A DNA stretch of 64,000 bases from Octopus vulgaris (GCA_951406725.2 OX597831.1:24738001-24802000); one strand, 5' to 3'; counted from the stretch's first letter, positions 12,703-25,220 are shown. Notes: a model not told the origin generated them from the letters alone. Numbers and translations: made by a program.

Positions 12703-13132
12703 CATTGTGTACAGTGCTCAGGTGCACTACAACTCATCTAAAGTGCATATATAATCAGGTGTAGTTTCGACGGATTTCGGAAAGCATGAGGGCCTTAAAG
12801 GATGCAGTGTCATGGCAGTCAACAACTGACGCAGGCAGTTTATTCCATGCTTCAGCAACTCTGAGCGTGAAGAAATGTTTCCGAAAGTAATGGGAGCTGT
12901 GTTGTTTTCTGACTTTGTAGGCATGTCCACGTGTGTTAGACACATGGAGATCAAAAAGGTGTTCAGTGTTGTTGTTGGTGAGGTGGTTGATAACTTTGTG
13001 GGTGTTTACCAAGTCCATCGCCAGACGCCGGAGCTTCAGTGAATCCATGCCCAGGGAAACAAGGCGCTCAGAATATGGTAGGTGTCTGATGGAGGGTATG
13101 CATTTGGTTGTACGTCTCTGAACAGATTCCAG
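12661..13132 (-). mobile_element. CR1-clade LINE, 5'-truncated 3' end (ORF2 C-terminus, 3' UTR, (ATT)n tail)
   Basis: Translation LESVQRRTTKCIPSIRHLPYSERLVSLGMDSLKLRRLAMDL..TRGHAYK..RKHFFTLRVAEAWNKLP matches CR1 ORF2 C-terminal motifs; (aat)n at 12661-12700. Confidence 0.92.
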
Positions 13133-13235
13133 TATATATATGTTAACATATATATACTTTTAGGTCTGCATGTATGTATTTATATATTAACATATATGTG
13201 TGTGTATGTCTGTGTATATATATTTATATATATAT

Positions 13236-13376
13236 AATATTTCCCTCTCAGGTTCACACATTCATTATAGCAATCCTTCAGTTTTTCTAAGCCGTGTAAA
13301 AGAACTCTGACTTTTGAGCCACTAACCAGGCCCTTCATGATAAGCTTAAAGCCGGGAATTTTTCAGCACCCCCGTG
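13236..13376 (-). mobile_element. Mariner-derived MITE, partial
   Basis: One TIR plus remnant GLEKLKDCYNECVNLRGKY resembling the mariner transposase C-terminus. Confidence 0.8.
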
Positions 13377-13380
13377 TATG

Positions 13381-13413
<33 letters not shown>

Positions 13414-14077
13414 CAGTCTGTGTATGTATATGTTAACATATATGCACTTTTAGGTGTGCATGTATGTATTTATATATTAACATATATGTGTGTGTATGTA
13501 TATATATATATGTAAGGCAACTTAATATTGTGACACTCTGTTATTTCTCTATGTCATCTGTTTCTATTTATATTTATATGAAACAACACTGCTAATCTGG
13601 AAATAAAGAAATAATACACATAAATATCAATCAACGTTTCAAACAATACTTTTATGAATCCCTTAAGCTTCTCCAGCTATGAATAAACTATGTGCTCTAA
13701 ATATATAGCATAGCAGCTTAAATTGTAGGGGACATGATAATGGCGAAAATCTCGTGCATGCATGCATCTACATGTGTGTGTGTTTGAGAGAGTATTACAC
13801 ACAGATATAGCTGTATATGTATATATGCATATAAAGATAGTCGTATGTGTATAATAGAGTACTGAATCCAAAACTTTCAATAAAAATATCAGTTACATCA
13901 ATAAAAATAACTTTCAATTATATCACATAACATGAAGCACAATGTTTTTATCTCTATTTTAGATATGTTCAATAAACATATATATTAAATACATTATTAG
14001 ATAACTAGAAATATCTCTTTCTCCTATACAAGATGATTGAATACCTATTTTTTTATCTATCTGTCTTTCTATCTATT

Positions 14078-14127
<50 letters not shown>

Positions 14128-14328
14128 GTGTATATATATATGTATATATATATATATATCACTTTGCATTCATTTATGTTCTGAAACTGCTCATTTTGTT
14201 CATCTCTTAAATTGGTAACCAGGCATTGTCATTGCTTTTGATATATTTACAAGATTCCAGACTTAGAGAAGTCTTGGAAAATAGTTTTTGATCTTAAATT
14301 CTTAATTGTTCCTTTTGAATAAAAATTA

Positions 14329-14332
<4 letters not shown>

Positions 14333-14392
<60 letters not shown>

Positions 14393-14403
14393 CATTATTA
14401 TTA

Positions 14404-14440
<37 letters not shown>

Positions 14441-14525
14441 CATTACTATTATTTTTATCGTAGTTGTTGTTATTGTCATCATCATCATCATCATCATCAA
14501 TATTATCATCATCATTATTATTATA
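14333..14525. repeat. (ATT)n/(CAT)n microsatellite
   Basis: Direct reading. Confidence 0.95.
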
Positions 14526-14697
14526 ACATGAAGGTGAAAAAGTAAAATAATTGTTCAGTGCTGAGCAAAAGTCATGTGGCATTTGATCTAAATGTTACCA
14601 CTCTGAATTTGAATTCCGCCAAGATCAGCTTTGTTTTTCATCCTTCCAGGGTTAGTAAAATATGGTAGAAGTAAAATTATCTTATTTTGGAGTTTCT

Positions 14698-14930
14698 TAT
14701 TTCTTTATTACCCACAAGGGGCTAAACACAGGGGGGACAAACAAGGACAGACAAACAGATTAAGTCGATTATATTGACCCCAGTGCGTAGCTGGTACTTA
14801 TGTAATCGACCCCGAAAGGATGAAAGGCAAAGTCAACCTTGGCGGAATTTGAACTCAGAACATAGCGGCAGATGAAATACTGCTAAGTATTTCGCCCAGC
14901 GTGCTAATGATTCTGCCAGCTTGCCGCCTT
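14698..14930 (-). mobile_element. SINE family D, full length
   Basis: Family homology; 17 bp TSD cttattttggagtttct (14681-14697, 14944-14960). Confidence 0.92.
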
Positions 14931-15654
14931 GTTTTGGAAACCGCTTATTTTGGAGTTTCTATCAGATCACGGTACAAGGAGTTGAAAAAGTATTTGCATA
15001 TGCATGTGACTACATCTGCACTTAACTCAAGAACAAAATTATACGGCATGCTGCTTAGCTTACCAAGTCATGTTTTACTTCCAGTGTCAACCAAATTGAC
15101 TATCGGTAGAAAAAAAAAATAATAGAATTCCCAGATGAAATACTGTTCGTCATTTGATTATGTACTTTACCATACTTCTGGAATTGACATTACAACATTT
15201 TTTTCTGCTGGGCATCTTCAGTGCTATCAAAAACGATTTTGGAGTTTCTACGTTTGAAATTGTTTACAAGAGTCACTTACAACTTCCAATGGAATATTTA
15301 GTGTATGATCTTTCTTCTTTCAGATTTTTCCATATTCGGTTATATTCCAAACTGCATTGATATAATTAGGTTTTGCTTTTGTTGGCCTCTTATAGTTTTG
15401 TAGGGATTTTTTTGAATTTCTTATTCATTTAATTTGATTTTGGTTTCTGCCAGTTCCAGCTTTCTGATTTATACTTCCAGTGGATTTAGTTTCATTGTTT
15501 TTAATGTTTGATATTTCTATTTTCATAATATATATTCTTCCCTTTAAGTGTTCTATTTTTATTCTAAGATATCTATCAATCTATCTTATACATCTGTAGG
15601 TTTGTCTGTCTACATACATAAAAGTTCAAAAATTGTTTTAAAGCCAAAACTTTC

Positions 15655-15671
15655 ATATATGTATGTGTATG

Positions 15672-15720
<49 letters not shown>

Positions 15721-15858
15721 ACACATACATATATGTGTTTATATATGTGTATATAAGTATGTGCATATGTGTGTATACATGTATATAGATATATATGTGT
15801 GTGTGTATATGTATACATGTGTGTGTATATATGTATATGCGTGTGTTTTATATATATA

Positions 15859-15897
<39 letters not shown>

Positions 15898-15918
15898 GTG
15901 TGTGTGTGTATATATATG
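15655..15918. repeat. Compound TA/TG/CA microsatellite
   Basis: Direct reading. Confidence 0.93.
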
Positions 15919-16914
15919 GAAGTAAGTCTAATATACAAAGATATTAACATATTTGGAGGGAAAGGATGGAAGTAAGTAGCCATAAAGTATATGTTTAGTA
16001 TTGAAAGCTATTCCTTTCCAAACCATTTAGGTGCTTTTATTCCTTATCTCTGGGTTATCAAATAACACTTGATATCAATTCAAATTGCCTTCCTTTTTTA
16101 TTGGCCACTGATTTTTTTCCATGCTTTTATTATACCGAAAATTCAAAATATGTTTCTCCATCTTTAAAGGCATTGTGCCAAATTGTACTATATTTGTTTC
16201 TATTTTGTCTATATCTAAATTGTCTGCACTGGTTTTAATATGAGCTCCATTAGAATGCTTTAAAAAATGCTGGTGAATTAGTGATTTGTGTATAGGTTAG
16301 CCATAAATACATACCTTGTATTAAGCAAAGAACAATGATATTAAAATTAACTTTGGCATGTTAATGTTTTGTGTAGATGAACTAACATTAACATTCTCAC
16401 TGATTACCTCTCCCTTTCTGCATTATTATTTCATCTCCGTTAATGGATATTTTCCGGAGCTGTGAAGTAGTGATGTCTGACATGATTCTAGCAATACTGC
16501 TGTGAATACATGTTTTCTTGTATTCTTTTATTTGTGGAGAAAAACTCCAAACGGAAATTAACTAAAGACAACATTTTATAGTTATGTTGGCGTATTTTAC
16601 TTCACATGTTAAGTTTCATTGTTAAAAGTTATTTAAACTTCAACAAAAGTTAATCGATATGACAATTATACTCTTTTACATCATTAATAAAGTATTGCAT
16701 GAAAGATAATCTAATAATAAGCAAAAAGAAAATAATTATAAGAAGGAGAAGAATGACAATTATTATAATACTTCTAGCATTAAAAAATGTTTAGATATAT
16801 TTGATAGCTTGAGATTTGCATTTTTATTCTTAGTGAAATTGCTTCTATTTGTTGAAATGATCTCGTTATATGTGTACACCTATATGTGTACACATAGTGA
16901 TATAGTATACTTAT

Positions 16915-16950
16915 ACATATTCTTGTCTTTTTTTAATTTACAGGTAAGTG
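16915..16950 (+). promoter_or_regulatory. Candidate recursive splice site (3'ss fused to 5'ss), copy 1
   Basis: ttcttgtctttttttaatttacag|GTAAGT, junction 16943/16944. Confidence 0.4.
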
Positions 16951-17053
16951 AACGTTCCGGAGATGAGTTCTCTAAGAAACAACAAAAGACTAATATATAT
17001 CTATGCATAAACATAAGCCTAATATATATAAATAATGATAATAAATAAAATGT

Positions 17054-17308
17054 GGAGGTGCGTGGCTTAGTGGATAGGGTGTCAGCACCATGATCATAAG
17101 ATTGTGGTTTCGATTCCTGGACCGGGTGACATGTGTTTTTGAGCAAAATACTTCATTTCACGTTGCTCCAGTCCACTCAGCTGGCAAAAATGAGTAATGC
17201 TGTGATGGACTGACGTCCCGTCCACCTGGGGAACACATACACTATAGAGCCTGGGAAACCGGGCTCATGAGCCTGGCTAGGCTTTAAAAAGGGTGCATTT
17301 ATTTTATT
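17054..17308 (+). mobile_element. tRNA-derived SINE with Meta-like plus V-like domains (family MV)
   Basis: Head and core shared with 10311 element (cacgttgctccagtccactcagctggcaaaaatgagt), followed by gatggactgacgtcccgtcca..ggaaaccggg shared with family C. Confidence 0.85.
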
Positions 17309-17439
17309 TAGCATTAAAAATGTTCAGATATATTTGATAGCTTGAGATTTGTATTTTTATTCTCAGTGAAATTCTTTCTATTTGTTGAAATAATCTCGTT
17401 ATATCTGTACACCTACATAGTGATATAGTATATTAATAC

Positions 17440-17473
17440 ATATTTTTGTCTTTTTTTAATTTACAGGTAAGTG
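17440..17473 (+). promoter_or_regulatory. Candidate recursive splice site, copy 2
   Basis: tttttgtctttttttaatttacag|GTAAGT, junction 17466/17467; further GTAAGT at 17594 and 17634. Confidence 0.42.
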
Positions 17474-17906
17474 AATGTTCCAGTGATGAGTTCTCTATGA
17501 CACAACAAAAACAAATACAAATCTATGCATATACATAAGCCTTATATATATATGATATATATATCATAGAAATGATTGCTTGTTATCTAAAAAGTAAGTA
17601 AAATATGCATGAATCTTTTTTTTTCCTAAAATAGTAAGTTTACAACAATTTCTATTCAGAAAGTTGTTTCTGTAGTACATTTTTTTTTGCTATTTTTGCC
17701 ATTATTTTTGTTTTATTTTGTTAAGGTGATATTTGTTCTGTTAATTTTTTTTGAAACATTCTACCATTTTTGTTGTTGAATATACTGTAATAGATCGAGA
17801 TTAAAGGCATGCAAAAGATAAGCTGTAAATCTGTAGGGGTTTAAACAATATTTTAGTGGGTGAGGTATTCTGAAAGAATATTTCTTAAAGAATATCTCAG
17901 GTTTGA

Positions 17907-18127
17907 CCATTTTAGCATTCAGATTGTTCTGTCAAATGTAACGCTTATTTGTACACATTGTCTTGAAGTAATCATGCATTATGCCATAGCTTTAATATTT
18001 CAATGTTGTGATTGTTTAATTTTATAATGGCATTGTAGGACAGGTGTGAAAGAACAGTTCTGGTCAGTTTGGACATAAAACAGGTAAAATATTTGGACCA
18101 GATAGAGTTAGTTTAAATACTAAAGGC
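17907..18127. mobile_element. piggyBac-like MITE, degenerate
   Basis: ttga|ccattttagcatt ... aatactaaaggc|ttaa; imperfect TIRs and TTAA-like flanks. Confidence 0.55.
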
Positions 18128-18406
18128 TTAAGGAAAAGAACTCTTTTGATAATATGCAAATAAAACATTTTTATTAAATATCGTGTGATTATAAAAACTC
18201 ATCGCCATAATCACATTTTCTCTCTTAACTCCCTTTTAATTCTCTTATTCCCCACTCCTTATTCGCTCAATCACATGCACATGTGCATGTGCATGCACAC
18301 ACACACACACACTGTCAGATATGCACACACAAATTCTCTCAAGATAGTACATCTCTCTCTCTCTCTCTTTCAGTGAGGCACAAGCACCTACACACACATA
18401 TACACA

Positions 18407-18558
18407 CATGGCAGTAACTTCCGCCTGCCGAATTCAATCACAAAGCTTCGGTCGGCTCGGGGCTATAGTGGAAGACACCTACCCAAAGTGCCACGCAGTG
18501 GGACTGAACCCGAAACCATGTAGCTAGGAAGCAAGCTCCCTACCCACACAGCCATGCC
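18407..18558 (-). mobile_element. SINE family A, 5' half
   Basis: Reverse complement of the A head up to the central microsatellite. Confidence 0.82.
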
Positions 18559-20189
18559 AAGTTGAAGCTTCTTGAATTGTTACTCTGAGTTCCTCATTAC
18601 TTGTTATCCAAATGAAAATGACCGAAATGGGGAGTTGAGTGGGTGGAAATATATAAACAAAATTATATGAAGATATTTTGAGCAATATTTAGTTATTAAG
18701 ATTTGAAGGGTTGCCAAAAAACCATTAAAAATATTTTAAACATTCAGATATTAAATTGTCTTATGTAGGGACACAGACATGGCCATATGAAGATTTTGGT
18801 TCAGTCCCACTGCAGTGTATCTTGGACCAGTGTCTTCTACTTTAAACCAAAACCTGTGTGAATTTGATGTACAGAAGCTTAAAAAAGTTTTTGTGTTTGT
18901 GTGTGTGTGTGCATTTAGATTTATGTTTCTCTGAAGATCATTCAGCTATCGACAGTGACACTGGTATTATTTAAAAGCTTTATTCTTTTGAAGATATGTA
19001 AAATAAGACATCCCTTGTAAAAAAGATAGAGGTTAGTGACAGGAAGAGCATCCAACTGTAAAACAAATCCTGAATAATATATTCTTCTATCATGTAAACA
19101 CAAATATGAAATCAAACTAAAAGCGACAATTAGAAATTTTATGTATGCTAAGTCAACTAGGATCATACCTGTTCTGAATATGAATGTTCTTTTGCTTTAG
19201 TCAAAGACATTGGAACAAAAAGCCCCCCCCGCCCACATACACACACACAAACAAAAAACCGAAAACTGATCTCAATCTTACAAGTTTGTAAGTGCAGTTT
19301 GTATTCACCAGAAAGGAATCAATATCCTTGTAAGAAGCTAGTGAATTATATGCTTATTTTGTTTCTGATTTGATTCAGTTTGTCAGAGAAAGGTTCTGTC
19401 TATATTCAAACTGTTCTAATATATTTTTATCCTCATGAGTTTTGCAGATTTGACTGTTTTAAGATATAAAACTTTAAATATCCCCATTAAAAGTTACAGA
19501 AAGAAGCAATAGGTTCTCTCACTCACCTGTTGCTCTGTTCTGTCTCAAATTGGTTCTTATGTTGTCTATTACCATTCAGATTCATAACAATTGATTCATT
19601 CATAAAAGCCATTCAGTATACAATTTAGTAAACTCTGTTTATGAAAACACACTTCATCTTGCTCTGTGAAATATTGGTGGTTAAAACCAATACGTTAGAG
19701 CAAGGAAGACATCATTATGTTCAGTATCAAGTCAATCATGTGATTTAGATCATATCAGTTTCATCAGTATGAAACACAGTATAATAACTTCAACCAAAAA
19801 AATAAAATATATAGGTACTCTGTTTGTTGAAAATGTTCTCTCTTATTCCACAAAAAAAATTCTTTCAATGAGGACTAAAATATTTTTTGAAGATGGAAAA
19901 TGAAAAACAAGAAAAAAATGGTGTGTTTTTATTTGTCATTTGATTCATGCTGCCAGAGGCCATTACTTAACTTATCTACCAATTTTAGTGACTATCCTGA
20001 AATAGTTTTTCATAAGCACTGTTTATTACTATATCCTTTCATATGATCTGATGTTAGTAACAGTGCATTAAATAAAACACGGTAATGAATTGTCTGAGAT
20101 ATCTATCTGTGCAGTTTCCTGTGAAGTATTACAATTTCATAAACACACCACAACTCATATACTCTCTTACCTATGAACCAACGTGCTCA

Positions 20190-20400
20190 TCCAGACTGCC
20201 AGAAATAATAGCATAATCTCCCTTCAATCATATTTTACCTAGCATCTTCAAAAACAAATGGATACATTATATAATGTAGTTTTAGATGTCTCTAAAAAGA
20301 CAAGATGGTCATGGCTGGAATAATGCCTTTCATCATAGGTCTCTTTGATCAGGGTTGGACTGAAGTTAAACAACAATAGCAATTCTTTCCCTAGTTTCAA
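20190..20400 (+). repeat. Old dispersed repeat family E
   Basis: ctgccagaaataatagc..ataatgtagt..atggctggaat..catagg..gatcagggt..aaacaacaa; diverged relatives near 9300, 20460, 23370, 34190, 43600, 47700, 48100 and 61455. Confidence 0.6.
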
Positions 20401-20530
20401 CCAGTTGACTGTGATTATGCTATGGCCTGGCTATATAAGACAGCATGAGAGATGTTTCCTTTTGTTGTTGTCTAACCCAGATCAGTCCTATTTGAGCAGA
20501 CATATGATCAAAGTGTTCCACATTCCAGCT

Positions 20531-20828
20531 TGTGGAGGTACATGGCCTAGTGGTTAGAGCAGCGGACTCGCGGTCGAGAGATCGTGGGATCGAATCTCAG
20601 ACCGGGCAATGTTTGTGTTCATGAGCGAAACACCTAAGCTCCACACGGCTCCGGCAGGAGGTAATAGCAAACTTCTGCTGACTCTTTTGCCGCAATTATC
20701 TCTCTCTTTCCTCCTGCATCTTGCAGCTCACCTGCGATGGACCGGTGTCCTGTCCAGGTGGGGAATCTATATGCCAAGGAAACCGGGAAACTGGCCCTTG
20801 TGAGCCAGGCATGGCTTCAGAAGAAGGA
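20531..20828 (+). mobile_element. SINE family C inserted into a family E copy
   Basis: Family homology; 11 bp TSD acattccagct (20520-20530, 20829-20839). Confidence 0.92.
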
Positions 20829-21120
20829 ACATTCCAGCTGTGATCATCATAGTGATTTCTTTTTCTGTTTCTCCAGATAAAGTATATTTACAATCATTTT
20901 TATTGAGATGGCAAGGTGTAATTTAAGTGCAGTCTAGTGGATTGGTCATCATATAAACGTTTCTTTGTTGTCCGATCCTCTTCTTTAATGCAATACAGGT
21001 GTCCTCTGCATTGCATCATGAACATATTGTTGTAACATGGCATTCCATGGTACAAAACATACTTTGCCATGGACTTCCACAGTTGTTTGCTTTTCCATAA
21101 CAAGGAAGTCAGTGGCAAAA

Positions 21121-21445
21121 TCATCATCATCATCGTTTAACGCCCGTTTTCCGTGCTAGCATGGGTTGGACGGTTCGACCGGGGTTTGGGGAGCCAGGAG
21201 GCTGCACCAGGCTCCAGTCTTATCTGGCAGTGTTTCTACAGCTGGATGCCCTTCCTAATGCCAACCACTCCGTGAGTGTAGTAGGTGCTTTTTAACATGC
21301 CACTGGTACAGGTGCCAGGGGAAGCTGGCAGCGGCCACAATCAGTTGGTGCTTTTTACGTGCCACCAGCACAGAAGCCAGCCAAGGTGGCACTGGCATTG
21401 CCCACGTCCGGATGGTGCTTTTTACATGCCACCGGCACAGGTATC
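21121..21445 (-). mobile_element. Retroposon family B
   Basis: (cat)n followed by reverse complement of the B body. Confidence 0.87.
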
Positions 21446-22660
21446 CATTTGATATTTATTTTGATGTTGATGTACTTGACCCAATAGGTCTCCTCAAGCA
21501 CAAGTTTTATATTCACATTATGAAACATTGCAAGATTTTTAGGAGCGCAGTGCCTTTGCAATGTGAAGAATGTATGCAACAGAACTGTTGTAAATCCACA
21601 AACACAATCTTCCATATGTATATACATACATGTATGTATAATATGACAACAGGTAGTAAGTGTTCAATGAAATAACATTATCGGCTTATAAGCTCTATAA
21701 ACATATAGGAAAATATATATGAATATGAATGTATATACTGAAATATTTATTGTCTCCAAAAAAGTGTAGTAGGGTTATGAAATAAAATATTTTCTAAATT
21801 TAGTTCAGTAATTGCCATTATTGGCAAAGTAACATCATCATCACCACTATTACAGATTTTAAAGTTCACTTAATACTTACTTGATTTTTTTTTCCAGTCT
21901 TAATTGAAGGTCTTATTATTGGGAGATTTCAAAAATTTTGCCTTTCCTGCTTGCACTAAATGGAAAGCTATTAATTATCAACAAAATAGCAATAATAATA
22001 AATAAAAAAGCAATGATAAAAAAAATTACAAACATATTAATAAAATTTAAATATTATAGCTATTTCGTTAAAAATTGGTTATGTTTATTTAGTTCCGTGG
22101 TTTTTAAATTTAAAATGAACAACATTTATCAAAAAAATAAATAAATAAAGGTAAAATATAATTTATTTATATCTACTTGTTGATTCATTTTGCCAACAGG
22201 AATTTTGACAATGGAGAAATTTTGAAGAATGGAACTGAAAATTATTCTCTTTAAATTATAATCTCCTGCATGAAAAAAGGGGGCATGAATAACAGTTTGC
22301 ATATTTCTTTACAGAAAATTTCTAACAAAACTTTATTTCTTGAATTTTTATCATCATCATCACCATCATTATTACTTGTGTAAACGAAACCTTATTTCAT
22401 ATATTATGGTGATTGTAGCTCTTTTTGCAACTGTGACCTTCCATAATCTAAATGCATCATCAGCATTTATACTGAATTTATTATACTTTGGTACTTCACA
22501 GCATTTCATTTAGGACTGGTCTTTACTGTTGATCTTAACTTAGAACTTAATACATATTTTAGAACTTGTCTTACATGTGTACTTCACAATATACTGTTGA
22601 GAAGTGGTCTTTAAACCTGGTCTTCCATTATTGCCTCTGTATGTCTCTTTAGCATCAAGA

Positions 22661-22768
22661 TTACTCTCTTTACTCTTTTACTTGTTTCAGTCATTTGACT
22701 GGGAATCGAAACTGCAATCCTCCAACTGCGAGTCTACTGCCCTAACCACTGGGCCATTGCGCCTCCAC
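22661..22768 (-). mobile_element. Mini chimeric SINE: tRNA head fused directly to family A tail
   Basis: rc reads ggaggcgcaatggcccagtggttagggc..gtttcgattcc then cagtcaaatgactgaaacaagtaaaagagtaa. Confidence 0.8.
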
Positions 22769-23458
22769 ATAGAATTGATCATATTATGATAATGAAACTT
22801 CTTTTTTTTTTTTATTATTCTACAACTTTCAATTAGTGTTCTGTGGCTATACTGGATCTGTACCTTCTAGTTAATTATAATGACCTCTATACTTAACAGG
22901 TGCTCATTTTATTGACCTCAGAATAATGATAGGTGACGTCAAACTGGGTGTAATTTGAACTCAAACCATAAAGACATGTAACAAGATACTGTAAAGTATT
23001 TTATATGATGGTGTACCACTTTTGCCATCCACTGCCATACCCTAACATTTGTTGAACAGTTTTGTGACTGGTTTAATCTTTACCTGTGTAAGATGCAGGT
23101 TTTAAATTGTCTCTCCTAAAAATATAAAATAATAACTTACCTAAGAATAGCTCAGCTGGCACTATAATTCTTCTCATTGATTCTTGAACCAAATAACAGT
23201 GGCATACCTTAGCACTTTAGGTAGAAGCCAATTGCAGTGATTAGTGTGGCTGACTGAGATACTGAAAAGTTTATGGTTTACTTTCCCATCAATAGTTGCT
23301 ATATTTAAATTTCAAGTAATTTTTGTCCAATTCTGAAATCAGAAGAAGCCAACGAATGTGGTCTTATATGATTGATCAAACTGCTAGAAATATTGAATAG
23401 CCATCAAAGCATGCCAAGCCATCTTATTTAAATAACAGGAGACATTGCCTGATGTAAT

Positions 23459-23755
23459 TCATCATCATCATCATCATCATCATTTAATGTCCGCTTTCCA
23501 TGCTAGCATGGATTGGACAATTTGACTGACGACTGGCGAACCAGATGGCTCCAATCTGATCTGGCAGAGTTTCTACAGCTGGGTGCCCTACCTAACGCCA
23601 ACCACTCCGAGAGTGTAGTGGGTACTTTTACATGTCACAGGCATGAGGGCCAGTCTGGCAGTACTGGCAATGGCCACGCTGGAAATAGTGTTTTTTACGT
23701 GCCACCTGCACAGGAGTCAGTCCAGCGGCACTAGCAACGATCTCACTCAAATGTT
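23459..23755 (-). mobile_element. Retroposon family B
   Basis: Family homology. Confidence 0.85.
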
Positions 23756-23763
23756 TTGTTTAA

Positions 23764-23983
23764 CTCTTTCATTACCAACCCAGCTGAAACCAGCCTTGGC
23801 TCTGAGTACAAATGTCTTGTTTTCAAAAGTTCTGAATTAAAATCTTCCGACAAACCTTAGTCACAATTTATGTTCCTAACACTAGCTGAATGATAACTAA
23901 GTTATTTTACTAAATTCTTTGTTACATTTAAAGTAACCGAAAGAAACACAGAGCATCTCAAAATAAATATGGTAACGAAAGGG
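23764..23983. mobile_element. piggyBac-type MITE
   Basis: TTAA|ctctttcattacc ... ggtaacgaaaggg|TTAA. Confidence 0.85.
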
Positions 23984-25220
23984 TTAATCCATTGTTTAAA
24001 AGTCTTGATGGGGACGCCATGGCTGGTGTCTTTATATACAGTCTTTCAATCAGTTGACTAAATAACAGAAACAGCAGAAGCACACTGGCCCTAGTATATG
24101 AATGGCTTGCTATTTTATCAAGCCCTGGAGCATGAATGACATAGTTGAATTTGGCAGGATTCGAACCTAGAATTTAAACGGCCATGACTAAATATACTGG
24201 AAGGTATTTTATTCAAGTGTCATATTGGTGTTGTGAATCCCCTGCCCCAGAAATACTTTATTATTAATAAGTGTTTTGTTTGTAACAGTGAATTCAAATC
24301 TTCCTATAAACTTGATCCTGGCCCAGACTTGAAATGCCAGCAGACACTGTGACCTCTGCTTTAATAAATTTACTACTATCATCAACAACAAATGAAAAAC
24401 AAAAAAGAAAGAAGCATCAAATATGCCAAAGTAGGACTCGGTTGGATCAAATCTTTTCGCTTTCTATCATTTGATTTCTATTGATAAATACCATCTCTAA
24501 TAAATTGAATTGTTTTTCCTTGTTGACTCAGTGAAAAATAAAGAAGGAACCAGCTGCAGCCTTGTTGCAGATGATAGCCCAGTTCGCCATAATTTCCCAA
24601 TGTCGATTACAGAGAAACCAATCAGAATATTGATGATATCTTTATAGTTTTTTGCTCTTTATTTTTATTTTTTTATTTTTCTTCCTAATCGATATATCAG
24701 CTTCTGCATCGATGATCAATGTCGATAGCGAATATATCGAACAACAAACTGCTGTAGTGAATAACATACTACCTTGTGTTACCTGAAAATGAAGACTAAC
24801 AGCCAAGTAATTATCTACCACTAGCGCTAGTACTGGTGATCAACTCATAGGAAACTTTGATTGAGACTGTCTCCTAGGTTTGATATTCACTTCTCCCTAT
24901 ATTTTTACCTAGTCTGCTAATCTTCTTTGTCAAAGGAAATTAATGCCAAAATGCACATGCTTTTATTTTTTTATCTAATTCATTGAAGAGACATAAAATC
25001 AATTATTTCACCCATCTTACCAGGAAGTGCTTGAGTTTTTGTGTTTAATAGATATTTGCATTTTTCAGACTAGCAATTATTGCTAAGGCTTATTTTTACT
25101 TACTTAATAATTCTGTAACGCATTCCACTATAAATAATGCCATTGGTTACCAGTACTTTACAAACCAGTCACTGGTTCATTGCATTTCTGAAGGAATGAA
25201 TGACAAGTGAGCATCTGTAT

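Larger units (their letters stand above)
16775..17551 (+). repeat. ~255 bp direct duplication (16775-17030 and 17309-17551) flanking a SINE
   Basis: Both copies start tagcattaaaaa(a)tgtt.agatatatttgatagc and end cataagcct.atatatata, with scattered differences. Confidence 0.93.

Noticed and set aside
16783-16806. atgtttagatatatttga resembling part of miR-190
   Set aside because: Seed region does not match and no precursor hairpin is evident.
23131-23160. Minus-strand TTAG|GTAAGT (and TTTCAG|GTAACA near 24783)
   Set aside because: Weak pyrimidine tract or weak donor; expected by chance, and on the opposite strand to the stronger sites.
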